NCBI GenBank assembly: GCA_002269645.1 | Contig: NIVC01001003.1 | Location: 1-64,000, forward strand | Length of the DNA stretch: 64,000 nt | Reading direction: 5' to 3' | Origin: Macrostomum lignano | Lineage: Eukaryota | Shown: positions 47,331-58,276 of the stretch, one piece after another | Position numbering within the stretch: the first letter of the stretch is position 1 | Layout of the letters: the number at the start of each line of letters is the position of its first letter | Made by a program: the position numbers and the translations under genes | Notes under the pieces: model-generated | The model's database searches: none | Told to the model about the DNA's origin: nothing | The model's input: the letters and a program-made list of their open reading frames with translations, nothing else

Positions 47331-48044
47331 GACATGCTATTTCATAATTAATTTTCTCATGAGACTCTTAATCCCATTCGGATCCCAAAGGGGGCAGTAT
47401 CATTTTTTACTGTTCACAGAAATCCCAAATGGAAAAGACACTAATCACTATGATGTTGGTGTGCGGAGCTTGCAATTCATAGCATTCACGAATGACTGCA
47501 TGCGGACCCTGTTCACGCAATCAATATCCATTGTATCTCCTACCAGTCTGTCTGTCTGTCTGTCTGTCTATTTAATTCTCCCTATTCTTTTAAAATCCTA
47601 AAAACTTCCCAATCCAATGGAGGCCCACAGAGGCGGGAGGATAACCAGTAAACATCTCAACAAGCACGAAGGTGCTCTGTAGCAACTGGCACATATATTA
47701 GCAAACATCCCTATTGCCATCCCCATAGCTATTGGTTTGGATTGTATATTTTTTATAGTTCAATAATAATGCTGGAGTCCCCTCAGCCTCAACCCACAAC
47801 GCCGCAGGGGGTCAGACGTTCAAGTCCTCCTCGTTTCGTGTTTTTTCCCAAGCTTAACAATCACTCAGGCAAAGTATTGGCCATTGTCGTGTCATTTTTC
47901 TGATTATCACTATCGCCCCCCAGTGGCAGATTTCAAAACTGCCAATCAAGATGAGTGATTGTTGCATAATTGTGGCAGAATTTTGGCATTTGTGTTGTGA
48001 AGCAACGCAGCAGATTCACAGAGCTTATAAATAACAGTGAAGTT

Positions 48045-48337
48045 TTACAGACAACAACAACAACAAAAATAATTGATTACACCTGATGGCCAGATGTGCA
48101 ACCGACAGCTCAGCCGCAGCTATTGCGCGGCTCATCTGAAGGCTCCAATGACTGGGGGGTCGCCACACACAGCCTCAATTACCCCAGCTAATGCTGGCAC
48201 CCATTTTACAGCTGGGTGAACTGAAGCAATGCAGAGTTAAGAGTCTTGCTCAAGGACACAAATTGTTCCAGTGAGTTGAGAATCGAACCTCCGACCTGTG
48301 GTGAGTCCGACGCTCCAACCACTAGGCTAGAACCCCC
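48045..48337 (-). mobile_element. tRNA-derived SINE, second copy with internal deletions
   Basis: The reverse complement has A box TAGCCTAGTGG, B box GGTTCGATTC, the same TGTGTCCTTGAGCAAGAC body and a (GTT)n tail. Confidence 0.8.
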
Positions 48338-48654
48338 TACAGTTCTACAGAAGAAAAACAACCCTAACAATAGAAGCGAGAGTCTAGAAAACAGAAATTT
48401 ACGCCTAATTTTTACTGCATTCGCAATTTCTCGAATTCATGTATTCTTTAACACGGCATTTAACTGCGGAGAAAGAATTTACATTCGCAGCGTTTATAAC
48501 TTCTACAACAGCTGGGTTTTTTTACAGCCTTAGACTGTCTGGTTTCTATTTAGGTTGCGACCCCAACCCCTCCTCCATGGCCTCTCGGGGGACTTTATCC
48601 ATGAATTTTAGTGAAGGCTTACATTTAGGATATTTCTGGGATATCAATTGATGG

Positions 48655-49212
48655 CATGTTTCTGGGATCTCTATTGATGGGATGTTTCTGGGATCTCTAT
48701 TGATGGGATGTTAATGGGATCTCTATTGATGGGATATTTCTGGGATATCTACTGATGGGATATTTCTGGGATCTCTATTCATGGGATGTTAATGGGATCT
48801 CTATTGATGGGATATTTCTGGGATATCTACTGATGGGATATTTCTGGGATCTCTATTGATGGGATGTTAATGGGATCTCTATTGATGGGATATTTCTGGG
48901 ATATCTACTGATGGGATATTTCTGGGATCTCTATTGATGGGATGTTAATGGGATCTCTATTGATGGGATATTTCTGGGATATCTACTGATGGGATATTTC
49001 TGGGATCTCTATTCATGGGATGTTAATGGGATCTCTATTGATGGGATATTTCTGGGATATCTACTGATGGGATATTTCTGGGATCTCTATTGATGGGATG
49101 TTAATGGGATCTCTATTGATGGGATATTTCTGGGATATCTACTGATGGGATGTTAATTGGATCTCTTTTGATGGGATGTTTCTGGGATCTCTATATTGAT
49201 GGGATGTTAATG
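48655..49212. repeat. ~26-bp minisatellite (GATGGGATATTTCTGGGATCTCTATT)n with alternating variants
   Basis: Directly visible. Confidence 0.92.
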
Positions 49213-49214
49213 GA

Positions 49215-49410
49215 GAAGTTACCGGAAGAATTCAATATGATTATGGTCCGACTATCTCACAGGGAACTCAAAAAGTCAGGCAGGTGGCTGTCAGAGTCAT
49301 AGCGAGGCCAAAGAGATAGGAGGAGATGGGAGGGCACAGACATTCCGGCGTGGCCACTTGGGCATTAAGGGGTGCAGGGCCCAGGCATTAAAGGCAGTTT
49401 CAATTCTGCT
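49215..49410 (+). pseudogene. Probable decayed LTR-retrotransposon integrase zinc-finger fragment
   Basis: RVIARPKR*EEM followed, after a frameshift, by RRGHLGIKGCRAQA, resembling the H-x-GHLGI..C..RAR motif of Gypsy-type integrases. Confidence 0.4.
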
Positions 49411-49964
49411 GTGTCTTCTCTCTACTAATCGTTATGCTTCATCGAACGCTGGTAGAAAATGGAGGGATTCTGTATAGGCTGTAAGCTCCCGCCTGTTTCA
49501 TAACCCTTAAAGCTTCAAGCATTATATTATAATCTTTAGATGGAGGAGACTGGAGGTGAGGTGACTGCAAAGGCTCGCTGTAGATAGGGCTATAAACAGT
49601 GTGTAAGTATTCACGCACGCGACCAAAATATCAAGACAAAGATATTATAGGGCTTTGCTTTATTGCTGGTCCGACACTAGCGCCCCTTAGCGCCAGGTCT
49701 TTGTGTGTCTCCCCGAGTCCAAGGCTCAGCTGTTTGCGTATTTTCCTTCTCCCCTATTCGAAATTCGAACGAAAAAACTAGAATGCACTCTTAGCTCATA
49801 GGGTTTGCTTGCCAAGCAAACAGTCAAACAGCTGTTTTCAATTGGCCATACCTAAGGGACAGGGGGCCAGGGATTCTATATAAAAGACACGGTGCATTAA
49901 TTTAAGAGGCATGGTAAGGGTTGGCTCTGGCTTCAGGGTGTCCTATAAACAGATTCTGGATAGC

Positions 49965-50725
49965 GTAGACAGTAGAGTGTATACAGCAGTGTAGATAAAG
50001 TAGAGTGTAGACAGTAGAGTGTAGACAGTAGAGTGTAGACAGTAGTGTAGACAGTAGAGTGTAGACAGTAGTGTAGACAGTAGAGTGTAGACAGTAGAGT
50101 GTAGACAGTAGTGTAGACAGTAGAGTGTAGACAGTAGAGTGTAGACAGTAGAGTGTAGACAGTAGAGTGTAGACAGTAGAGTGTAGACAGTAGTGTAGAC
50201 AGTAGAGTATAGACAGTAGAGTGTAGACAGTAGAGTGTAGACAGTAGAGTGTAGACAGTAGAGTGTAGACAGTAGTGTAGACAGTAGAGTGTAGACAGTA
50301 GAGTGTAGACAGTAGAGTGTAGACAGTAGAGTGTAGACAGTAGAGTGTAGACAGTAGAGTGTAGACAGTAGAGTGTAGACAGTAGAGTGTAGACAGTAGA
50401 GTGTAGACAGTAGTGTAGACAGTAGAGTGTAGACAGTAGAGTGTAGACAGTAGAGTGTAGACAGTAGAGTGTAGACAGTAGAGTGTAGACAGTAGAGTGT
50501 AGACAGTAGAGTGTAGACAGTAGAGTGTAGACAGTAGAGTGTAGACAGTAGTGTAGACAGTAGAGTGTAGACAGTAGAGTGTAGACAGTAGAGTGTAGAC
50601 AGTAGAGTGTAGACAGTAGAGTGTAGACAGTAGAGTGTAGACAGTAGAGTGTAGACAGTAGAGTGTAGACAGTAGAGTGTAGACAGTAGAGTGTAGACAG
50701 TAGAGTGTAGACAGTAGAGTGTAGC
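49965..50725. repeat. 14-bp minisatellite (GTAGACAGTAGAGT)n
   Basis: Directly visible; near-perfect units. Confidence 0.96.
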
Positions 50726-51439
50726 TAGCAAAGTGCAAACGAGGCTTCAAAATAATAACAAGAATATCTAACCCATTAGGAAATAGAAAATCAAAGAGCA
50801 TTGTTTTTGTTTTCATTTTTAAGGAAGAGTTTTATCGATTGAGGCCTGATTTTAATGTAAGGGGATCAAGAGTTTTCTATGAGAATTAGGCTTTCTGTTC
50901 TTTAAGGAATTTCTTTGTGATGGTTTAAGTTCTTTCCTAGAGCGATATCGACATTTTTCAATCAGACTTCAACAGCCAATTTCTTCCTGTCCAGATGCCT
51001 GTTTCGAGGCGTCCATGATTCGTTCCCCTTTCGTGGGGATAAAGAGGCAGAGAGGGGGACAAAAACACGGCAAGACTCGAGAAGCGAAGCCAGACGATGA
51101 CTCAGCCCAACCTCACGGGCATGTGGGCCCCAGCTGTGCCGCCCCAGAGCCCCAGGCCTTGCTATTTAGCTAATAAATAAAAGTTCAAGCTAACGCATTT
51201 TACCTTATAGCGTTAGTAGTTTGTAAACAGAAAAATGACTAATATTTTACTTTTATAAATTAGTTGTTTACATGAAATTAAAAGTAACTTCAATTTATAG
51301 GTTTAATTTCTACAAATTTGACGTAAATATATTCAAGGGACTGCGAATGCATCCAGTCTCGTAACTTCTGATTATGAAGTACACGTGCACTCACTCAGAT
51401 ATTCGTCTTCTTAGTATTGCTCAGAAAGAATCTCTCATT

Positions 51440-51550
51440 AACCATGATTATCCCCATGAACCATGATTATCCCCATGAATCATGAATATCCCCATCAACT
51501 ATGAATATTCCCCATGAACCATCATTATCCCCATGAAGCATGAATATCTT
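51440..51550. repeat. Short 19-bp repeat (CCCCATGAACCATGATTAT)n
   Basis: About 6 degenerate units. Confidence 0.75.
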
Positions 51551-52039
51551 CTTTGAATTTTTAAGCTGTGAATCTCTTAACCCCAATATTGACTAAAAAT
51601 CAGTTGTTTTTAAAACCACTTTTGGCATCCGTCAAGCAAACCAGACCCGAATTAGCGGGCCATGGAAACCAAAGCTCACCTCCGCCTCGGGTTCTGTCTC
51701 GAGCGAACGAATCCTCAATAGTGAAACACAATAGGGTTTATTGGGAGATTGAACAGGGTTGGAGAGCGGGGGTGGGGGAGGCACGCACAGTTCGAGGGGG
51801 GGGGCGTATAAGCTGAAAATTGGCAAACTGCCAATAAGATCGTTAGCTCGAATTGAGAATATTGAGAATCTTGCATGGCTATTCTTTCCTTCCTCACTAT
51901 TTTTCGGGCATGATCGCTGGGAGGGTCATGACCTCCGTCACCTCTCGTTATCCGGAGTACATCATCATAAGTTTCTGATTTAATTGTACGATTTAAGTTA
52001 GTTTAATTTCGTTTCAACAGCAAATGAACCTTTATCAGT

Positions 52040-53235
52040 CAGGGGTCTGCAAACTCCGGCCCACGGGCCACTTAGCTGCAGCCTGCTCTCGCGAGCCCTG
52101 TGAAATTTCACAATAGCAATTTGGCCCGCTCTTTGTCTCTTCTCTCTTCTCGCTTCTATTCCTTTCCCCTCTCTCCCTTTCCATTCTCTCTCTCTTCTCT
52201 TCTCCCCTCTTTTCCCCTCTCTCTTCTCTCCTCTTCCCCTCTCTCTTCTCCCCTTTTTCCCCTCTCTTCTCTCCTCTTTTCCCCTCTCTCTTCTCCCCTC
52301 TTTTCCCCTATCTCTTCTCTCCTCTTCCCCTCTCTCTTCTCTCCTCTTCCCCTCTCTCTTCTCTCCTCTTCCCCTCTCTCTTCTCTCCTCTTCCCCTCTC
52401 TCTTCTCCCCTCTTCCCCTCTCTCTTCTCTCCTCTTCCCCTCTCTCTTCTCCCCTCTTCCCCTCTCTCTTCTCTCCTCTTCCCCTCTCTCTTCTCTCCTC
52501 TTCCCCTCTCCCTTCTCCACTTTTTTTCCCTCTCTCTTCTCTCCTCTTCCCCTCTCTCTTCTCCCCTCTTTTCCCCTCTCTCTTCTCTCCTCTTTTCCCC
52601 TCTCTCTTCTCTCCTCTTCCCCTCTCTCTTCTCTCCTCTTCCTCTCTCTCTTCTCTCCTCTTCCTCTCTCTCTTCTCTCCTCTTCCTCTCTCTCTTCTCT
52701 CCTCTTCCTCTCTCTCTTCTCTCCTCTTTTCCCCTCTCTCTTCTCTCCTCTTCCCCTCTCTCTTCTCTCCTCTTTTCCCCTCTCTCTTCTCTCCTCTTCC
52801 CCTCTCTCTTCTCTCCTCTTCCCCTCTCTCTTCTCCCCTCTTCCCCTCTCTCTTCTCTCCTCTTCCCCTCTCTTTTCTCCCCTCTTCCCCTCTCTCTTCT
52901 CTCCTCTTCCCCTCTCTCTTCTCTCCTCTTCCCCTCTCCCTTCTCCACTTTTTTCCCCTCTCTCTTCTCTCCTCTTCCCCTCTCTCTTCTCCCCTCTTTT
53001 CCCCTCTCTCTTCTCTTCTCTTTTCCCCTCTCTCTTCTCCCCTCTTTTCCCCTCTCTCTTCTCTCCTCTTCCCCTCTCTCTTCTCTCCTCTTCCTCTCTC
53101 TCTTCTCTCCTCTTCCCCTCTCTCTTCTCTCCTCTTCCTCTCTCTCTTCTCTCCTCTTCCTCTCTCTCTTCTCTCCTCTTCCTCTCTCTCTTCTCTCGTC
53201 TTCCCCTCTCTTCTCTCTCCTCTTCCCTCTGACTT
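52040..53235 (+). mobile_element. hAT-like left terminus followed by a long CT-rich array
   Basis: CAGGGGTCTGCAAACTCCGGCCCACGGGCC resembles Charlie/MER30-type hAT ends and shares TTCACAATAGCAAT..GGCCCGCTC with the 57164 element. No right TIR was found. Confidence 0.6.
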
Positions 53236-53949
53236 TATTTTCTCATCTTGCACTCCATGGGTCGCACTCACTGGCACGACCCAATACCCATGATGATACT
53301 GTAATCAGGGTGTGTAATGGTGCGTCCTCATTGACTTATCTGGTTCCAGGGGAGCAATACGTAGTCCACAAGAGTCAACCGTCCTCAATTGTACATCAAG
53401 TGTACTTGTGCCCGTCGGTACTGTCCATTAGGAATCTAAGATCAAAATGAGAAACGCGAAGTCGAATATGTTCTGTTCGGAAACAGACCACAGCGATAGA
53501 TGGCGAATTATTATACAAAAGAAGTTCTCGGCAAAGAAACACTTCAATAGAACACGAGCGGTCTTACAGAAGAAGTGGCTGTCTATAAAAAAGCCGATCA
53601 ATCATGATCGAAACCTGACAGTCTTGCTGTGTAAAAGCATGCTTTATTTTATGTGATGCATCATGCATACTATCAAGCTATCAAGCTATCAAGCTATCAA
53701 GCAAGATTGTCGAAGTGTAAATATTCGATATTCGATTTGATGGCTGTTAGCCTGACACAACTGAAAGAATACACAAATTTATAATTGCGAATTGTGCAGA
53801 TTAATAACACCGCGAACCTTTTTTTAGCTCAGATAAGAGCAGAGGAGAGAGGAGAGAGGAGGGAGAGCGATGAGATGAGATGAGCGGAGATATATGAGAT
53901 TAGAGATGAGATGGCAAAAGCTGATAGATTTGAGGAGAGAAGAGAGAAG

Positions 53950-54395
53950 CCAGCACCAGGGGGCGCCAGCACCAGGGGGCGCCAGCACCAGGGGGCGCCA
54001 GCACCAGGGGGCGCCAGCACCAGGGGGCGCCAGCACCAGGGGGCGCCAGCACCAGGGGGCGCCAGCACCAGGGGGCGCCAGCACCAGGGGGCGCCAGCAC
54101 CAGGGGCGCCAGCACCAGGGGGCGCCAGCACCAGGGGGCGCCAGCACCAGGGGGCGCCAGCACCAGGGGGCGCCAGCACCAGGGGGCGCCAGCACCAGGG
54201 GGCGCCAGCACCAGGGGGCGCCAGCACCAGGGGGCGCCAGCACCAGGGGGCGCCAGCACCAGGGGGCGCCAGCACCAGGGGGCGCCAGCACCAGGGGGCG
54301 CCAGCACCAGGGGGCGCCAGCACCAGGGGGCGCCAGCACCAGGGGGCGCCAGCACCAGGGGGCGCCAGCACCAGGGGGCGCCAGCACCAGGGGGC
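53950..54395. repeat. 16-bp near-perfect minisatellite (GCACCAGGGGGCGCCA)n, ~28 copies
   Basis: Directly visible; one unit has four G instead of five. Confidence 0.97.
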
Positions 54396-54964
54396 ACAAA
54401 AGTAGTTGTGTTGAGTTCAATTACTATTGGTACCAGGGAATCCGGGGGGTTGGGGCTGGCTGAACGTCAGTTGGCTTACATGTACATCTCCAGTCTAAAG
54501 GCTGGTTATATCCTACTATTAAAGAGGGAATAAAACCCATTGCCAAGTACTTGAAGTAGACATGTCTACGAAGTCACGATTTTTTTCGTGTATAGCCTCA
54601 AAAAATTTATAAGAAACTCTTCTTAATTTTCACGTGTTTGCTGCTTTGGCAAAGTTGCATACTTGCATAGTATACTAGCTAGTACATGATAGGGCAGCAG
54701 CTTTCTAAAGCAAAATAACAGAAGTCTACAGACGCAAATAACAACACAAATGCACAGGATGGCAAGAACCCAGTCTGTGACCATTAATGATCCTGGCATT
54801 GTAAGCGAGTAAATCTTTTATTGGCGAATGCTATTTTGAGACAGCTATGAATAAAAGAAGTTACCGTGTAGCGCAGTGCATAAACAAAAATATCAAGAAA
54901 AACGCGCCCTCTGGACGCACCTACAAAACGCAAATGAAATAACAAAAACTCAGTGTTACATGCT

Positions 54965-56580
54965 TTGTGAGTGACTGTGGTCATGTGAGTGAGTGAGTGT
55001 AGTCATGTGAGTGAGTGACTATAGTCATGTGAGTGACTATAGTCATGTGAGTGACTATAGTCATGTGAGTGACTGTAGTCATGTGAGTGACTGTAGTCAT
55101 GTGAGTGAGTGAGTGTAGTCATGTGAGTGACTATAGTCATGTGAGTGACTGTAGTCATGTGAGTGACTGTAGTCATGTGAGTGAGTGAGTGTAGTCATGT
55201 GAGTGAGTGACTATAGTCATGTGAGTGACTATAGTCATGTGAGTGACTATAGTCATGTGAGTGACTGTAGTCATGTGAGTGACTGTAGTCATGTGAGTGA
55301 CTGTAGTCATGTGAGTGAGTGAGTGTAGTCATGTGAGTGAGTGACTATAGTCATGTGCGTGAGTGACTGTAGTCATGTGAGTGAGTGACTGTAGTCATGT
55401 GAGTGAGTGAGTGTAGTCATGTGAGTGAGTGACTATAGTCATGTGAGTGACTGTAGTCATGTGAGTGACTGTAGTCATGTGAGTGAGTGTAGTCATGTGA
55501 GTGAGTGTAGTCATGTGAGTGACTGTAGTCATGTGAGTGACTGTAGTCATGTGAGTGACTGTAGTCATGTGAGTGACTGTAGTCATGTGAGTGAGTGAGT
55601 GTAGTCATGTGAGTGAGTGTAGTCATGTGAGTGACTGTAGTCATGTGAGTGACTGTAGTCATGTGAGTGACTGTAGTCATGTGAGTGACTGTAGTCATGT
55701 GAGTGAGTGAGTGTAGTCATGTGAGTGAGTGACTATAGTCATGCGAGTGACTATAGTCATGTGAGTGAGTGAGTGTAGTCATGTGAGTGAGTGACTATAG
55801 TCATGTGCGTGAGTGAGCGTAGTCATGTGAGTGAGTGACTATAGTCATGTGCGTGAGTGAGTGTAGTCATGTGAGTGAGTGACTATAGTCATGTGAGTGA
55901 CTATAGTCATGCGAGTGACTATAGTCATGTGAGTGAGTGAGTGTAGTCATGTGAGTGAGTGACTATAGTCATGTGCGTGAGTGAGTGTAGTCATGTGAGT
56001 GAGTGACTATAGTCATGTGAGTGACTATAGTCATGTGAGTGACTGTAGTCATGTGAGTGAGTGAGTGTAGTCATGTGAGTGAGTGACTATAGTCATGTGC
56101 GTGAGTGACTGTAGTCATGTGAGTGAGTGACTGTAGTCATGTGAGTGACTGTAGTCATGTGCGTGACTGTAGTCATGTGAGTGACTGTAGTCATGTGAGT
56201 GACTGTAGTCATGTGAGTGACTGTAGTCATGTGAGTGAGTGACTGTAGTCATGTGAGTGACTGTAGTCATGTTCGTGACTGTAGTCATGTTCGTGACTGT
56301 TGTCATGTGCGTGACTGTAGTCATGTGAGTGACTGTAGTCATGTGAGTGACTGTAGTCATGTGAGTGAGTGACTGTAGTCATGTGAGTGAGTGACTGTAG
56401 TCATGTGAGTGACTGTAGTCATGTTCGTGACTGTAGTCATGTTCGTGACTGTTGTCATGTGCGTGACTGTAGTCATGTGAGTGACTGTAGTCATGTGAGT
56501 GACTGTAGTCATGTGAGTGACTGTAGTCATGTGAGTGAGTGTCTGTAGTCATTTGAGTGGGTGACTGTAGTAGTCATGTG
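54965..56580. repeat. 18/22-bp minisatellite (GTGAGTGACTGTAGTCAT)n
   Basis: Directly visible. Confidence 0.96.
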
Positions 56581-57163
56581 ATGTCAGCCAAACACCATTT
56601 TTTTTAATCGGAAATGGTGGGTCTCATAACCTTATGAGCTATAACTTGAATCTTCAGTCTGTCTGTTTTAACTGTCACCGACTAAGATCGAAGGGGATGC
56701 ATTCAGATTGTTTGAACGAGTCAATATCTTGCGTGTTGATGTTTTCTTGGTTGAAATGTGCTCACATTATTTACTGGTAATCTCTGAACATGTTCCAATG
56801 AGTCAGTTTTATAGTCTTTATGCAATTCCCTCTGATTTGAACTGTTTATCTCCTAGTCGACTTATTTCTGTTTGCGAGAACCGTGCTCAGAGCCACCATC
56901 AAGAGCTGCGCTTTTTTAGAGCAACATCTTAAGTTCTCTTATGCCTTCCTTTCCAAGCAAATAAGCCAGAGCTTCAAGATAGGCATTCAGCACTGTATCT
57001 TATTTAACAAGGGCAAGCCTGTCAAAGCAGAAAAGTAAAAAAGTAAAGAAAGTGGTTCTTGCTCGTCTAGCACTCCTAAAATCTAGTTTTTACTTTTTTG
57101 AGCGAAATTTTGAGTCCTGGTGACGCCCTTATCTTTACTACAGACATGATTGTGTGTGTACAC

Positions 57164-57607
57164 CAGGGGTCGGCCACATGCCGCCCGCGTAGCCTCTCTA
57201 TCCGGCCCTCGGGCGCTTTGAAACTTCACAATAGCAATCCGGCCCGCTCAGGGTTTGTGTCTCTTCTCAGCTCTCTTCTCTCCCCTCCCCTCTCTCCTCT
57301 CTCTCCCCTCCTCTCTCCCTCTCCCCTCTTCTCTTCCTCTCCCTCTCTCCACTCTCTCCCTCTCCCTCTCCCTCTCCTCTCTTCTCTCTTCTCTCCCTCT
57401 CCCCTCTTCCCTCTTCTCTCCCTCTCTTCTCTCTTCTCTCCCTTTTCCCTATCCCCTCTTCTCTCTTCTGTCTCTTTTATACATTCTTTCCTTTAATCAC
57501 TCATTTAATCATGTCAACTCCTCTCTCGCCTCTCCACTCTCAACTCTTTTTTCATCGCTCATTTCCTGTTTTCACTTCTCTCTTCTTTCTTCCCACGCAG
57601 TTACAGC
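57164..57607 (+). mobile_element. hAT-like left terminus plus CT-rich tract, flanked by the 8-bp direct repeat GTGTACAC
   Basis: CAGGGGTCGGCCACATG at 57164; GTGTACAC at 57156-57163 and 57608-57615; right TIR absent. Confidence 0.55.
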
Positions 57608-58276
57608 GTGTACACCAGTAGCGTTACATAAGCCCTAGCCGTAGCCAGCCCTACAAATGGTAATTATGAATTTCTTCAACAGCACGCAAAGTCGCCAATT
57701 AGCTTTCCATTGCCAGTGTTTCCTTTGTCTGTGCAATGTTTTATTTCGCTCTCTTAATGTTTCCTTTCACATGAGGCGAGTCCCAAGCAGAATGCATTGA
57801 GAGCAGCATAATTGGGTTGAGAAATAGATGAGCAAGAGACCGCAGGGAGGTAGAGTTTGAGCTTGTCTGTGCAGATTTCGGTCAGCACACACCATTGCAG
57901 CGTTTGAACCTGAGCCACCTCACCCAGCCTCACTAGTCTTATTCAGGCAGGTTTTGTCGCCAGAACATACATCTAAAGAGAGGTCTAGAGACAGTTGGAG
58001 CCTTGGAGTGGAGACTGTATGGCCCTAGAATTCTTCATCTGAGGAGGGAGGGAAGGGGGTGGCTACAATAGAGTTTGGCTCCAAGGCTTGAACTGCTGTG
58101 CAAAAGCTGGGAGCCGCTGCAGCCACTCCCTCGGCACCCGCCCCCGCCTTTGAGCCAGGAAAATTATTCATTCTCAACTCTTTCCAACCCCGTCTGTTAG
58201 CAATATAAAAAAGTGAAATAAAACACAAGCGTACGCAAGTTATCTTACAACTTTAGATTCAGTGTCTGGATACCAG

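Noticed and set aside
57790-58190. Possible RNase H remnant of a non-LTR element on the minus strand
   Set aside because: Similarity is faint and needs several frameshifts; cannot be supported without a search.
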